DNA of 64,000 bases from Octopus vulgaris. Its lineage: Eukaryota. The notes under the pieces are model-generated. The model had not been told where the DNA came from, did not search any database, and worked only from the letters and a program-made list of their open reading frames with translations. Positions 40,598 to 55,524 of the stretch are shown here, one piece after another; position 1 is the stretch's first letter, and each line of letters begins with the position of its first letter. The position numbers were made by a program, and so were the translations under genes. The stretch spans positions 60,202,001 to 60,266,000 of the forward strand of contig OX597831.1 of assembly GCA_951406725.2 (NCBI GenBank). The letters run 5' to 3'.

Positions 40598-41379
40598 CGG
40601 CGTGCTGACGTTTCGTCCAGCTCGCCGCCTTATAAGTATGATATTGTTATTACCTTAGAATGGGTTACAAGATAAGTTTCGTTAGAGATTTATTCAAAAC
40701 TGTTAGACGAAATATAAGCAATATACAAATCGACTGACACACCTGTTTAGGTAATACAGTCAAGCTGGCAGACAACAATCTATTTTTATACTTGTAAAAT
40801 TTTGCATTATTGCAACGATGTGGCATTTTAAAATAATCGGGGGCCTTATATTTCACTCTGAAAGAAATTCAACTTGAAAAAAGCTAGAACTACCAATAAA
40901 GCTATTATTTAAAGTGCATACATTTAAAATGAGTGAGGAGTGTTAGAATTTGTTTATCATATTAAATACTATAATTACTGTCTAGACAATAACGTTTTCA
41001 CAAAAGAATTTCTTTGATAGTTGTCGGGAAAGAATCTTCTTACGTTACTTCCAAATAATATTTAATCGAATTCTGCCACACTGTTTCTCCCTCGAAGGGG
41101 GAAGCAGCTAAGTATTAAAATGTCAAATAGAAGAAAAGAAAACAACTAAACAAAACAGAAAAAAAAGCAAAAGGAGAATGTTTGTATTGTTATTCAAAAT
41201 CTATTTTATTTTTTATTGTCTTATTCTATATATAGCGTGTAAATAAAATTTCTTATCCTGTTTCTTCATTTTTCGGATTGTTACATTTGATAAAATCTTT
41301 ACATTTAATATCTTAATTCTCTCTTCCTGTTGTCGGGAAGTTTCCCAGGTGTTATTTTTGTGTTAATAATTTTATATTG

Positions 41380-41412
<33 letters not shown>

Positions 41413-42159
41413 GTATTGAATATGTTTGATGTGTTGGCTACTATTGCTAATCGCGCGGATTTTGTTTCTACCTATAGTGGTGATGACGGTGGCTGATGTT
41501 GCTGTTGTTGTCGTTGTTGGCTGAAGGGTATATGACAGAGTATTATATGAAATACTTGTCTGCAACAGCAGTAAAATATTGTGTTGTTACTGTTAATGTG
41601 TATATTTTATAGTAACGTAGCCTGGACTTAGTAAACACTAACAGAAAATTGTCATTGGCATGGCGCAGCTCTGGTTATTTCCGTGAGTATAGAATTCTTT
41701 AATTTCGTTGCTTGTAATGTTCGAAATTATATGTGCATTGCGCTTTCTTACACTGTAGAGTTTTAGTAGCAAAGAATACATATATATTGTAAACATATTG
41801 GCTAATAGTTTCAAATATCGTTAAAATAATTGTTGATAGTGATAGTGTAGATAGTTTCCATCCTCTTGTCAAGAGATAATTTATTCATTGAAGCGTTGAA
41901 GTAAGTTATTCATTTTTCTCACCTAATATAGTCTTGTGTCTCGCAGAATACGGAAACAACAATAAAATTAAAGCGTAATTACTAGAGCACCAATATCACT
42001 ACTAAAAACCAGTCTTTCAAAAAAATCCTTAGATGTATAGGAATATGGATTAATTTGATGGAAATTTTGCTGCTGTTGTTTGAACCTGTATTAATAGATA
42101 ATTAATGTCTCTTCATGTGTGCTAAGAGCAAATGTCTCAATTGCACTCAACAGTAAAAC

Positions 42160-42219
42160 TCGCAAACTCATTCCGCCTTGTGAGTGGATTTGGTGGACGG
42201 AAACTGAAAAAAGCCTGTC

Positions 42220-42251
<32 letters not shown>

Positions 42252-42296
42252 TTAATTTTATCTATTTTCAACTCACGAGCTGTGGCCATGCTGGGG

Positions 42297-42337
<41 letters not shown>

Positions 42338-42565
42338 GTATGTATGTATATGTTTGTGCGTCTGTGTGTGTCCCCCCAACATCGCTTGACAACTGATGCT
42401 GGTGTGTTTACGTCCCCGTAGCCTAGCGGTTCGGCAAAGGAGACCGATAGAATAAGTACTAGGCTTACAAAGAAATAAGTACTGGGGTCAATTTGCTCGA
42501 CTAAAGGCGGTGCTCCAGCATCGCCGCAATCAAATGGTTGAAACAAATAAAAGAATAAAAGAAAT
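42160..42565 (+). mobile_element. Bipartite SINE (family C), 5'-truncated
   Basis: gccttgtgagtggatttggt..gaaactgaaa, microsatellite, tail ending gaaacaaataaaagaataaaagaa. Confidence 0.8.
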
Positions 42566-42947
42566 AAAACAGAAGTTGTTTAAATGTCTTCTGTTGTATC
42601 AGTTGTATTCGTAAGAGACTGCCTTTAAAAGTTTTATTGATAAAGGAATCCAAAGTGGTGCAGAATTTGCTAAAATATCTAAGGAATAATATTCACTGTT
42701 TCACGTTTTTGTTTTTCTATGTACCTAGTATAAACATTTTAGGGTTCAAACAATCTCTTTTGACTGGTATTGTTGAACAGCATAATCCGGCATGAAAATT
42801 GATGTATGAGCATAGGCGATCCCCTTTTAAGAATTGTATCATATTTTAGGTTATTGTAACAATACAAATCTATTATTAAAAATGTTTAGCTATCTTAATG
42901 ACATTAGAAATTAATTAAAAGCAACTAAATGGAGATTTCGTTGTTAT

Positions 42948-43350
42948 ACTCTTTTACTTGTTTCTGTCATTTGACTGCGGCCATGCTGGAGCACCACCTT
43001 TAGTCAAGCAAATCGACTCCGGGGACATATTCTTTGTAAGCCCAGTACTTATTCTATCGGTCTCTTTTCGCCGAAGCGCTAAGTGACGGGGACATAAACA
43101 CACCAGCATCGGTTGTCAAGCGATGTTGGGGGGACAAACACAGACGTACAAACATACACGCACACACATATATATATACATATATACGACGGGTTTCTTT
43201 CAGTTTCCGTCTACCAAATCTACTCACAAGGCTTTGGTCGGCCCGAGGCTATAGTAAAATACACTTGCCCAAGGTGCCACGCGGTGGGACTGAACCTGGA
43301 ACCATGTGGTTCGTAAACAAGCTACTTACCACACAGCCACTCCTGCGCCT
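42948..43350 (-). mobile_element. Full-length bipartite tRNA SINE (family C)
   Basis: Minus strand: ggcgcaggagtggctgtgtggtaag (A box), ggttcagtccc (B box), microsatellite, tail gaaacaagtaaaagagtat. Confidence 0.85.
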
Positions 43351-43484
43351 ATATATAGTTATATATAGTTATATATAGTCTTTTAATTATCGTGTAAGTT
43401 CACGTCTTGAATATAGATTGAATATGACAGAAATTCTGAGTTGAGCCAATAGTTGTAGATAGCATGTTATATTTCATGTTTAAG

Positions 43485-43920
43485 GCTACCAGCTGGTTGA
43501 ACCGTTAGGACACGGCAAAATACTTACCGGCATTTTGTCCTACTTTTTGTTTGGAGTACATATTCCACGGAGGTCACCTTTGCCTTCCATCCTTTGGGAG
43601 CTTCATTAAAAAGTACTTGTTGAGTAGTGGGGACGATGTAATTGACTTACCCCTTCCTTATATTGCTGGCCTTGTTCGAAAAAATTTGGAAAGCAATAGT
43701 TCATTAAACTAAGGCGGAAAACCGGCAGAATTCTCACCACACAAGACAAAATGCTTAGCATCATTACATCCGTTTTTATGTCCTGAGTTTATATTGTGCC
43801 GAGATCAAATTTGCCTGTAATCGTTTCGGAGTGGATAAAATATGTACCATTTGAGTAGTCCGGTCGATGTAAAATGGCTAACACTTTCCCCGGAAACTGC
43901 TGGTATTATGCCAAAATTTC
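43485..43920 (+). mobile_element. Two old decayed Meta-domain SINE copies in tandem
   Basis: gaggtcacctttgccttccatcctttggg..aagtac and aaggcgg..ggcagaat..tttcggagtggataaaatatgtacca. Confidence 0.55.
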
Positions 43921-45106
43921 ATCACTTCATCTAACCTCGTGTGGTCATTATTACCTTTATCTTATACTTGTTTTAGTCATTAGACTGCGGTAAGGCGGGT
44001 CATCACCTTCAATTTTTTTTTTAGTGGAAAGAATTGACCCCAGTAACATTTTTTTTTTCAATATAATTTTGCAAGCTGAAATTTTTGTCAAATTACAGCA
44101 TTTAACTTATCAATGCGTCTTACGGTCATGTAGGCAATCCATACCAATACATGGAGAATAAAAGTAATACGTAAAATAGTGGAGTATAGTTGATACTACT
44201 ATGGCCTTATAGGCGTATTTCTGGTTACAATCCATTTTCATTCTTTTTATATTATGTTAACATTGATTTTTCGTTGTTGAAAAATGTAAGCACAGAAGAA
44301 ATAAAATAGTAAATTATAAAATAAAATAAATACAAGAAGATGAAATAAATAGAATGATATAACATATATTTCTATATGAATAATATTCTGCGACGGAGAA
44401 ATGAAAGAGGAAATACAAAATAAGAATGGTTAAAATATGTTCTATAAATGAAATATGACGCATGAATTTAGTTGGACTAATTCAATAACGGGCTTCCAAA
44501 TTATTACTTACTGTGTGAGCTATTTAACTGTTAAGATCTAGTGTCATGTATATCTTAGTTAAAATCAGTTGGAAGCGCTAGGTCACTCCGGTAACGGTTT
44601 TTAGTAAACTACGGTAACAAGAAAATAAATAAATAACAGATCAACAATATATAACGATGTGAAATAGACAGGTAGGTCAGAGTTTCTATGTATAATGTTG
44701 AGATAAGATACAAAAAAAATTTGACAGGCAAAACAAAAAATGTTCAGAAAGAAAACAATGAAAATTATTGAAAAAGAATGATGAAGTAAACAACATTTAT
44801 TAATAAAACCGTGGGCGTTTTATCTCAGACGTTCAAAAAGGTGCAAACTGAAATCACGTGTGTTCATCACCATTTATATTTCAGATATTTCGTATTATAA
44901 TGTTTCCTATTTTTAAAATGTAGGATGGGATGATATCGCAACATTTTCTAGAGAATGATTTTCAATGAAATCGAAACCATACAGGTTATAAAGTTGCCAC
45001 GGTGAGAATCCTCCACAGCTTACAAAGGATGTTATTCAATGAATAATATCATTTTTTCAATGTCCCCCTTGCATAGTTCATGTCAAAATATGCACCATAT
45101 AAGATT

Positions 45107-46400
45107 TTAACCCTTCGTGTACCAGACAAAATATATGTCATTAATTGCCAACTGGGTCCAATGGACCCAATATTTTTCTTTTGTGTTTTATTGAAACTAC
45201 CACTGTTTCTTAACTACATTATATATGCCATCAGGTAAATGAAAAATTACTGTTTCTAACAAATTTAAATATAAAAACTACGGCTTTCAGAATATATTAT
45301 AAATTTTTTAAATGACAAAATGCAGAATTACAGCATCTCATGGCAGGGAATGCTGACAGCATTGGAATGTTCTTGGCAAACAGGGATATGGATATTACAA
45401 TTCTTACATGTAGGACGAGTTTTCCTTCCTGTCTTCTTTGGGTCACACAAAGAACATCTTTCTTTGTTCTTTAGCTAAGGGATCGCAAATGGGGTTGAAG
45501 ATCGTTTTCTTTTCTAGTTCGTTTGAGAAGTGTTAGCGGAACTAGAAGATTGTTTGTCATGTTCTTGTTTAGCATTAACTCCAGCAAGTTCCTTCCTAAG
45601 ATAATTAGGCACTGTCTTCTTTTATCCAAGAAACTTTGAAAGTGAAGCTGTTTAGCAACGATGAAAGCATTGGCTGCAATTATATCAATAATGTATAATA
45701 TAACCATAGGCCGTCTTCAAGTAATTCTTTTGCAACCGTATGTCCTTACCATCTTATCTAGGGTATCTACGCCTCCTTTTGTTTTGTTGTAACATATAAT
45801 AGCCTCAGGTTTCTTTTCAGCACTTTTTGAATCAATTGAAGGCTGCGAGTGCATTGTACTCATAAGTGTGACTACATAATTTTTCTTGGGACAATAAGCT
45901 AGGAACATAAAATTCTTTTGAAATCCAACTATATAACACGATAAACAAACCTGGAGCGTTCCAAGTCAAACCTTAGTCCGGTACCCGCATTGGTACCACC
46001 TTTTACCATGCGAGATGTGATGTCAGTGCGATTAATCTAAAAAGACAGATTTGTTGGAGGTGCCAGTGATTTTCCACTTCCCATACAAATGTATATAAGA
46101 AAGACTCAGAATGCATAAATAATTCAGAACGCACTAAATGAAACAAATTCGAGATTTTTGCACTTCCGAAGTTCCTACAACAGGTATTTTTCTATATCTA
46201 GATGAAATAATTTTAGAGGAACTTATTAAACTTTGTTCCTCAGCCCAGGACTTCATTAAATTCAGTCTAAACAAGTTGATATCATATCTAGGTTTAGAGG
46301 AAATATCTTTAAATTTTAGAAAGCTCAGTTTTCACAAATGCATCCACCATAAACAATATTCTCCTTCTCATGACGGCAATTACAATTAGGTGAATTTTGA
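45107..46400 (-). mobile_element. piggyBac transposon remnant
   Basis: TTAA+CCCTT end at 45107; VTLMSTMH..KKPEAI..YNKTKGGVDTLDKM, IAANAFIV, C-terminal RCSLC..CKNC..VCQEH; extent beyond ~45930 uncertain. Confidence 0.85.
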
Positions 46401-46458
46401 GAACCGTGTGCAGTGACAGAGGAGGTAGTATTGTCAGAAGAGAGGTGAAAATTTCTAT

Positions 46459-46495
46459 ATTATTATTATTATTATTATTATCATTATTATTATTA

Positions 46496-46559
<64 letters not shown>

Positions 46560-46560
46560 C
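46459..46560. repeat. (TTA)n microsatellite
   Basis: Direct observation. Confidence 0.95.
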
Positions 46561-49500
46561 ATCACCACCATTACTAATGTTATCGTTACTATCACCACCA
46601 CTACTACAATTGTTACTATTACTTCTGCTATGTGTAGGGATGTTAGAGATTGTGTTGGTGTTCCAGGAAGTGTCAGTAGAATGGGTTGGGTTGGGCACAG
46701 CTCTCCAACACTGCTTAATAAACATAACGAGGCACTAAGCACATGCAACCACCGCTTTTATCACACATTTAAATTCTACCGCAAATCGAAATGCCAGAAT
46801 GACCATACAGTACATTTCCACAATACTCCTTAGGTAATCCCAATAACATTATAAACTTACACTCTAACTCCTAATCCCTATCTAGTTTTTCACATATAAA
46901 ACCATCTGATTATATTCGTATATATGTGCATACACCCATGCGAGCGTGTATATGTATGAGTGAGATTATGCTTATATGTATGTGGGTATGTGTAAATATA
47001 CGTACGCATGCAATGTATATATACCTGCATATACAGGGGCGATGACACATCCACATGGACGTATAAGTGATCGTGTATGAGTGCATATGCATGCGAATAA
47101 GGATTGTGTATGCAACTTATCTGATATATACATGTATATACATCGTCACATATATATTTTCTCATATTACTAAGCACCGGACTGCTAAACATATAAATTC
47201 CTCTACTACTACACATTTGTCATTCCTTTACCTCTAAACCCTCTCATTCCTCTATCTTTTACTCTATAATACCTTTCTCTCTCTTTCACCCTTCATATCT
47301 CCACTCCTACTTTCAAATTATTTCCACAGACCACTGACTGATCTATATCTTCACTTTTCTTTTTTCTTTATTCCCTTTATTCTTCACTTTAGGGTTTTTA
47401 TTTTTTTATTATTTTATTATTTTGCTAACCTTCTTCTTACTTTCTTCTCCCTCTTCTCTCTCTTTTCTCCTTCGTTTTTTCTTTCTCTTCCTTTTTTTCT
47501 CTCTTTCTTCAATCCTCTCTTCTTGTTTTCGATTTGACCTTACTAATACACTCTATATTTTTAGGTCACTTTAAATAAAAACCTTCGACTCTGCAATATT
47601 GTATATAAATTCTCTACTGGGAATGACCAAGTTTAAAAATGCGTCTAGGACCTGGTCCCGGAAGATCGCTGATTGATCCAGTTCTTTCAAACCGCGTATT
47701 ATTTTCCAAATCATGATATGGCGATGAGATACTCTGACAGTAAAATGTTACTGGTATTTTCTCTGAGTTTGAATAATTGATCTTTCATTGGACTAGAAAA
47801 TATCAATGTGTTTTACTCGTTCTTGTATTTCATTCGTAGACATTTTAATCTCCAAGTCATTTTCTATAATATGCAAAAAAAACAACAACAAAATAGCAGG
47901 AGAAAAAAATGATTGAAAAGGAACATGTTATGACTTCATCAAACATTTCAGTTTTTAGTGGTCATCCTCTATATATAAGTATACATATATAATCGTCACA
48001 AAATATTCAAATACAAGAAATTTAGAAATTTTTCCATTCACTATGGCTCTAATTTCCAAGCAATCGAAACGCTTTGTTAATGATAACATGAAAATAGTTT
48101 GAAATTGGTTGGTAAGTCCTTCAATTATTAATACTGTGATAACTATATACGATCTTAGAGTTTTTAATCTTTTCGTTTCTTTATTAAGATGCGGATTGCA
48201 ACAAATCTACGTTAATGTTGAATTTTGCTCACATATTTTTTATTCTTAATGATTTCTGCTGTTTGCAGCTTCACTCGTTCACCGTAATTCTTTTTTTTTA
48301 TTATTGGTTTACATCTATTAAAGTTCCTAGCAAGAGTCATTTGCTTTTGGCTCGTAATTATGTGGCTGTTATTGTTGGTTAGTCACAGGTCAGAGCTGAC
48401 TGAGTACACCAATCGTAAAAATGTTTTCTAGCCTCAGCGAAAGACGCCTTCTTCGAACGTAATTCAGACTGAATTATCTAATGTCTGCAATTTAACGACG
48501 GTAGGAAGTAATTAGAGGCTGTTATTCATATCTGGATGAGTGAGCACTATAAAACTTACCCGTCAGAAATTTCAAAGCAGCTTACTGGTGTCGATTTAAT
48601 GAATGAAGCATTTCTTCAAATGTGAAAGTATTATGCCAATAGGAAAAAAAAATCAATATTGTCTTTGGCTTTGTTGCATATATTCTCTCTTCTGTTGCTG
48701 TTATCATTGCAAACACTTTCCTGTAGTGCATATACGTAAAATATTGTTGAATTGCTTATGTCTAACTGCTTTGTCGTGATGACGCTTCTTTTCCTTAATG
48801 TAAACTAACGCACAATTTGCCATTTAATATTATTATATTATCATATACTGATACGATATGTATGATGTATGTCGCCACAACTTTCCCACTTCAATGTTTC
48901 TTAGCCATAGGTGTTTTCGAACATGAAAACAGGAAACTTCTGCAACGAAGCACGAAACATAATAGCTGATAACAACGTAAGAGCATTTTCAGACGAAATA
49001 TACAATACGTTTACTGCCGTTGCAGTATAGAAAACATTATGTACCCTTTACTTTAATATTTATGGCTATCAAAATAGCGCTCCTGTTTTGTTTGTTTCGG
49101 TTTTTGTTTTGATGTTGTTACATTGTTGAAATATCAACGTAATGAATGAAAAATAAATAACGAAAATGGAATTTAAAGGCAAGAAGTATGTAACACTGTA
49201 TAATTCACGTTTCATAACCTAATGTAAAGAAGCAAATATAGGGAAAAGAGATAGGAAATGTAGGGAAGCGAAGTAGGAAATAGAGCGAAGAGAGATGTAA
49301 AACATTGAAAATGATATTCGGAAATAAAAAGAAATATATATTCGGGGGCATTATGAAATTATGAAAGCATCATGAAGATGGAAGTAAACGTTTGTTTTTG
49401 GCTGGATTTATGGAAAGTCGAACCTCCAAAACTGAATTTATATTGTTTTCTTTAAACGAGAGGCGTCAACTATGAGTTCTGTCTCCAGTTAGTTGTATGT

Positions 49501-50354
49501 GGAGTATCAAAATGTTCGTATTTGTTTCTCAATCCAAAGCTATGATAATACTATAATAGCAAAGACGAAATTACAAGTAAATAAATCCTATATTTCACTT
49601 TTTTATCCACATTATTAATCTGTGCGTTTAAATTACAAATCGCAATAGGTATAATGAGAAACACTAATGGGAATTATATGAATTGTGGAAAAGACGACAT
49701 AACAGAAAATTATGTAATCAAAACACCGGATCATTCTTAATATTTTGGCGGATGATACGCTAAAATGATTTGCATACCCGAACATATTTCTTTATATATT
49801 TCCCTATATGTGTCAAGGGCTACAAAATAAAACATTCAACACTCTAGAAAGAAGACCGACAAAGAAATGGTCACTCGTTCTAACATATCAAAGAAGCATA
49901 CACAGGCTGATATCAGAGGTTCTCAAGGATACTAGGCTGGGCAGAATAGCATATACATTTCATTATAATGAAAACAATATGTTCATATGTGAGTATATAA
50001 ACGCTGATATATACGCAAATCTACTAAATTCTATAAAGTGCACAAAAATTTGCGTATCGATCACTATATTCACAACAATCACATTTAAACATTCTTTCGA
50101 ATACCATACACACTATTTCGCATTTTTACTGTACACATTCCACGTTCATCAATAACAATTATATTCCCGAATACATTGCACCAGCAGCAGCAAAACAGTA
50201 CCGTCACTTCAGATACTTTATCTCTCTAACATAGACTATCTTATTGTGAAATATCATCATAACACTTGGGTCTCCTCCCACATATTAAGAGTTTATACAT
50301 GTATATCTTTGATATAATATAATTACCCTTTATTCCACCGGCACCATTTTTATC

Positions 50355-50605
50355 GAATCCCGGACCGGGCAGCGTGTTGTGTTCTTGTGCAATATAATTC
50401 ATTTCACGTTGCTGCAGTTCAATCAGATGTAGAAATGTATTGCGACGTCACAGATACCAAGATGTATCTGTTTTTGCTTTTCCCTGGGATAACACTGGTG
50501 GTGTGGAGAGGGTAGGCCGGTATGCATGGCCGACTGCTGGTCTTCCATAAACAACATTGCCCGGACTTATGCCTGGGAGGGTAACTTTCTAGGTGCAATC
50601 CCATG
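50355..50605 (+). mobile_element. tRNA SINE fragment related to family B with a different tail
   Basis: tcgaatcccggaccgggcagcgtgttgtgttctt matches ~21595-21660. Confidence 0.6.
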
Positions 50606-52016
50606 CAGCAAATATCTCGCTGTTAACAAAATGGTGTAAATATATCGAGTCAGTCCACAGCCAACCTAGCTAGACTGTTGGGAGCACACATTTCGGAATT
50701 GTTATTTGATCTTAAACATCGGCGGCCAGAAAGGCAGGGGTAGTTAACGATCAGTACTTGGGTATCATATTATAGCTACGATGGAACTTCAAAGTTGTTT
50801 ATTAAAAATTCTACCACTAGTTTAAAAGAAATACCCAAATTTTGAAAATTTTGTAATCGGCCTCTGCGGTAGACTAGACTATGTGAATGGAATGTGTGAC
50901 TGACTATGCTTTGCAGTGCAACGTTTCTCTCTCGACGTTTTGACGTGTAATAACATATATTTTCTATTGCTGTCATGGGCCATATCTCTTTCGCTATTTT
51001 GATCCAGTTTATCTTTAATAAGCAATAATTTCCTTGTATTCATGCATTGATTATAATGGCTACATCGTTAATAATATCAGCTTTACTGAATTCGAGGAGC
51101 TGCAAGAAAAGGAGAACATTTATGAAGATGGTAGGGTTAAAACTCTACGAATTTGAAATGGATAAACATGTGTTTGGGTTTTCACATTATATTATAATTA
51201 CGTATATATGTAAATATTGCAAGTGGTGGTGATATATTATCAATTGAAAGGAGTCTAGGTTTCACTCATCATCGTGTGATTAACATAAATATCAAAATTC
51301 TACGAAGTAATCGCTGCTACGTAATGGCTCTTAATTAAATAGTCCTTACATAAATAGTCAATCCTAATGGGAGACTGTTATAGCAATTTGATTACCAGAC
51401 ACTATTACCAAGTAGGTACAGATTATAATAATGCGTATTTAGTTAATGAATTGATATCGTAGAGCAGTATTATATATGTAAGTCTTTTGACTTCACAATG
51501 TTTCGAAAGAAATAAAAGCATACAAGCAAATGAACATTTCCTCTTCATGTAGCTCCACCGTGTGCTAATACACTGTTTATAATATTTTAAAAGCGTTGTT
51601 ATCTCCGCTACATCTAATTATATTAGTTATCTTTGATTCGTATTACACTTTCTATAACATATAATATATGCATATATTATATTCACAGATATATTCCAAT
51701 TAGGACCGATAGAATTAATTCAATCCATATGAAATATCTCGATGGTATTGATTACAAAATATGAAAGCTATAAAATTTAATAATTAAAAATGTATTTTAC
51801 ACCTGGTAGGTGTCAGATGAGAATCTCCTGGTACATAACAGTCACGTGCAGGTTTTAAAGCAGCTATATATATATGTGTGTGTATGTGTTTATATATATA
51901 CACATATATATATATACATATATTTACACATATATATAAACATATATACATAGACACTTACACACACATATATACATATATCCATGTATATATATGTAAA
52001 TATATATATGTGTATA

Positions 52017-52062
<46 letters not shown>

Positions 52063-53742
52063 AGTATCCTTAATAATGCACTGCTAGGCAAATAGTGGTG
52101 GCAAATTGGCAGACTTTTAAAACATCGGCTAGCATGTTATATGCTATATTTTTGCAGTCGTTGCACTCTGAGTTCAAATCACCTTTGCTTAATTCTCATT
52201 CCTCTCTGTCAATATTTCCCGCTCGAAGCATTGTATTAACGGAATAGTTCTACTGACGGAACAGTTTTTTACACTGTTTTGTTTTGTTCTCTTTCCATCG
52301 GCTTCTTAATGTTCAGCTTTACTTAACTTTTACCAATACCATGTGTATTGCAACTCATTGACATCAAGCAAATTGCTTATAAATAATGGTGTACCTGTGA
52401 AATTGTACTGTGTACCCAAAGTAATGTAGAATTAATATTAAAGAATTATGTCTGTGCAAAACCACAGCGTTATTTTTAAATGTATGCCCAATATTATACA
52501 CGTGTGCATGCGGTGATACCTATGCATTCGATCAATCTAGTAAATATTGACACAAGTCGCAAATCCCACATTAATATCTAGAGTATAATGTAAAAGATGA
52601 CATTTACATTAGAAAATTCCTGGAGAGTCTGATGGAAATGAATATGGAGGATTATGGAGGATTGAGTGTTACAACTTCCCATTACTGATATATTAGCGCA
52701 GGAATGTGAAACAAGGATCCTCACAGAATTAAACTTCATTTCATTTGAAATGCAAGATATAAAAGCAATTTATTGAGAAGAGCGATACGTCTATTTGAGA
52801 AGGTTAAATCTCATATGTAACTGGTATCTTCGTATTTTTCTTTGCTTTGTTTCAGAAAGTTTTAAACAACATAGCATAAGTCTACACTTAGTTGCATTCC
52901 ATGTTACATTTATCTCAGAATATGCCTTCTGTGAATTCATTACCTTTTAAACCAGCTCTATTTTATCGAGGACGAAACCTGTACATTTTTGGAAAGCGAA
53001 ATGCATTATACTGACTTTTCCCATTTCTGCATTAACTGTTACACAAATAAGTAAAGAAGAAAAGAATTTCAACCAAGTTTTCAAATACAGGCTTAGCGTG
53101 ATAAGAATTTAATCTACATTATTTGCTACGGTGCATTGTGAAATATTGATTTGTTTTATACCAGCCTTGACATCCTCAATATTGTCATTCAACATTGCGT
53201 CTTTATTCTATAAAAGTGATTACAATAACACAATGAATGCTGCAATGTATTATCTTTAGATAAAAGTATACCAGGGAGACTCTACGTTGTCACTTGACCT
53301 TCTAGAACTGGAAGCAAAATAACATTAATACTACAACAGACTTAAAAATCGAGGTGATACTTACTTTTGGAAAATTTTGGTCACAGGTCTTTTCAAACAT
53401 TCTTTGGCAAACAGAATAAGAACAGCAACAACAACACGTTTTTATACTGTTTTATTTGTAGATGAATATATTTCACTAATACGTTTAACATGCTGCCTTT
53501 TAATTTGATATTTGTTCCGATAATTAAATTTTAATTCCCGAGGAGAAAACTACAATATTTTATGACTATAATCTCCTTATATTAAAGAATATTGTATTTA
53601 ATGCCCTTGGAAATCCCTTTTTGGGAAGTAAAATTTATGAGCAGAACATAAAATGTCTTAACGAGTATAGTGAGGCCTTTTCATTTATCATTTGAAATAA
53701 TACCCAATATTTTGATCCATTACCCGATTATATTAAATATCT

Positions 53743-53966
53743 ATTTCTTTACTACCCATACGGGCTAAACACAGAGGGAACAAACAATGACAGACAAACG
53801 GATTAAGTCGATTACATCGACCCCAGTGGGTTACTGGTACTTAATTTATCGACCCCGAAAGGATGAAAAGCAAAGTCGACCTCGGAGGCATTTGAACTCA
53901 GAACGTAAAGGCAGGCGAAATACAGCTACGCATTTCGCCCGGCGTGGTAACGTTTCTGCCAGCTCA
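53743..53966 (-). mobile_element. Meta-domain SINE (family M)
   Basis: High similarity to 22702-22933. Confidence 0.88.
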
Positions 53967-55524
53967 AATATATGTCACAAATATGTCAAATGAATAACTC
54001 AAAACCCTTTCTGGATGAGTAAAACGTTTAGCAGAATTTTTACCTCATCCGACTAATTTCTCTTGGGTATGTACTAATACTGGTTTAAAATTTAAGCACA
54101 AGGCCAGCAAATCTGAGGGATGGAGAGAATGTCAGTTATAGCTTCCTCGGTGCCCAAGTAGCACTTACTTTATTGGCTTCGAAATGAAGACTGTTAAATT
54201 CAATTTCTGTGGAATTTGAACTCAAAAAGTAATTTACTCTAAGCAATTTGCACCACCTTGGTATTTACTGATCAATTTAGTTTTTATTCCAAATGATGCT
54301 GTGTTCATCACATGTTAGTCTTTCTTCTGAGATACTCGATGTAAAAACAATCGGACACAGGAATGAATTCGTATCAAATATATGTGACTCAATATTTATT
54401 GGGTAGTCAATTGTAGAAATAGGCCCCAGTTTTTAGTTTTAAGCTTCAAAACACATCATAAGTATGTACTACTATTTGTTATCTACAATACGTGCTTAGG
54501 TTCGATATTATCTAACATAACTCTTATCACTTATATAATCCGATTCAATTCATTAAATCACATTAAAAGTAAAAACTAAAATCCTGGTACATTTTTTATA
54601 ATTAGCGCTACATAAAGCAACTCAATTTTAGTAATGTGTGTATAATATTCGAGAAGAAAATATCTATTTTACTCGAAATTATGACGTGATGAGATTACAA
54701 ATAAGAAAATAAAACTTTTACTCATTCAGACAAAACGTGTTATATATTTCAATGATACCTTACTATTTAGGGTTAGATCCGTTCACCTCCCCGATCAAAA
54801 TGTAACACCCATTTAAATACGCCCACTTGCAATGATCGCTTTCACGAGATATCTACTCGCCAGATATCTAAAAAAAATCATGGTAACCAGTATAGAATCG
54901 TCTACATTTGCTTATTGATATTTCCGTTATTAATGCAGAGAATATGTTAGAGCATATGAAGCCATAACAAAACTAAATCCTGTCCAAAACGGTCTTCCCA
55001 TTCATACCGAAATACATTACAAAATATATTTTTTCTTGACTAATATCGATTTTCTCTTTAACCCATATAAATGGAGTCAGATTTTTAAGTTTTCATTTAT
55101 TACGTGAAAGCTCTCTCAAAATAAATTAAAATGAAATAAAAAGAAACGGAATTTGTAGAAAGGAATTTTATTGCATTTGTGAAAATTAAATTAAACATGT
55201 CTTCTGCAAAAATTTTCTACCCACAGTGGATACAAAAGTCACAACGTTTTTTTTCTAGTTCTTGAACGCATCCTCGAATACTGTTTGAAGAGTAATACGT
55301 AGTTGTAGTGAATTAGATTCAACAACATCAGGCATATTTCACTAATGAGCAAAAAATGCTAACGAAGAAATAATGTGGAAATTAAGATGTCTGGGATACC
55401 TCAGATGTTGCGTGGTATGTCAGAAACTTAAAATGTTGACATCTGTTGCGTTGTCAAATATTTTATCCAAAGTAATATACATTCATTGCTTAGTTAGCAA
55501 GCTTCATTAATATACTACTATGCA

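Larger units (their letters stand above)
38790..40631 (-). mobile_element. Meta-domain SINE (family M) split by an insertion: 38790-38886 and 40598-40631
   Basis: The two halves rejoin into the family consensus once one TSD copy is removed. Confidence 0.9.

Noticed and set aside
46309-46748. Poly-N, poly-L and poly-I ORFs
   Set aside because: (TTA)n microsatellite read in different frames
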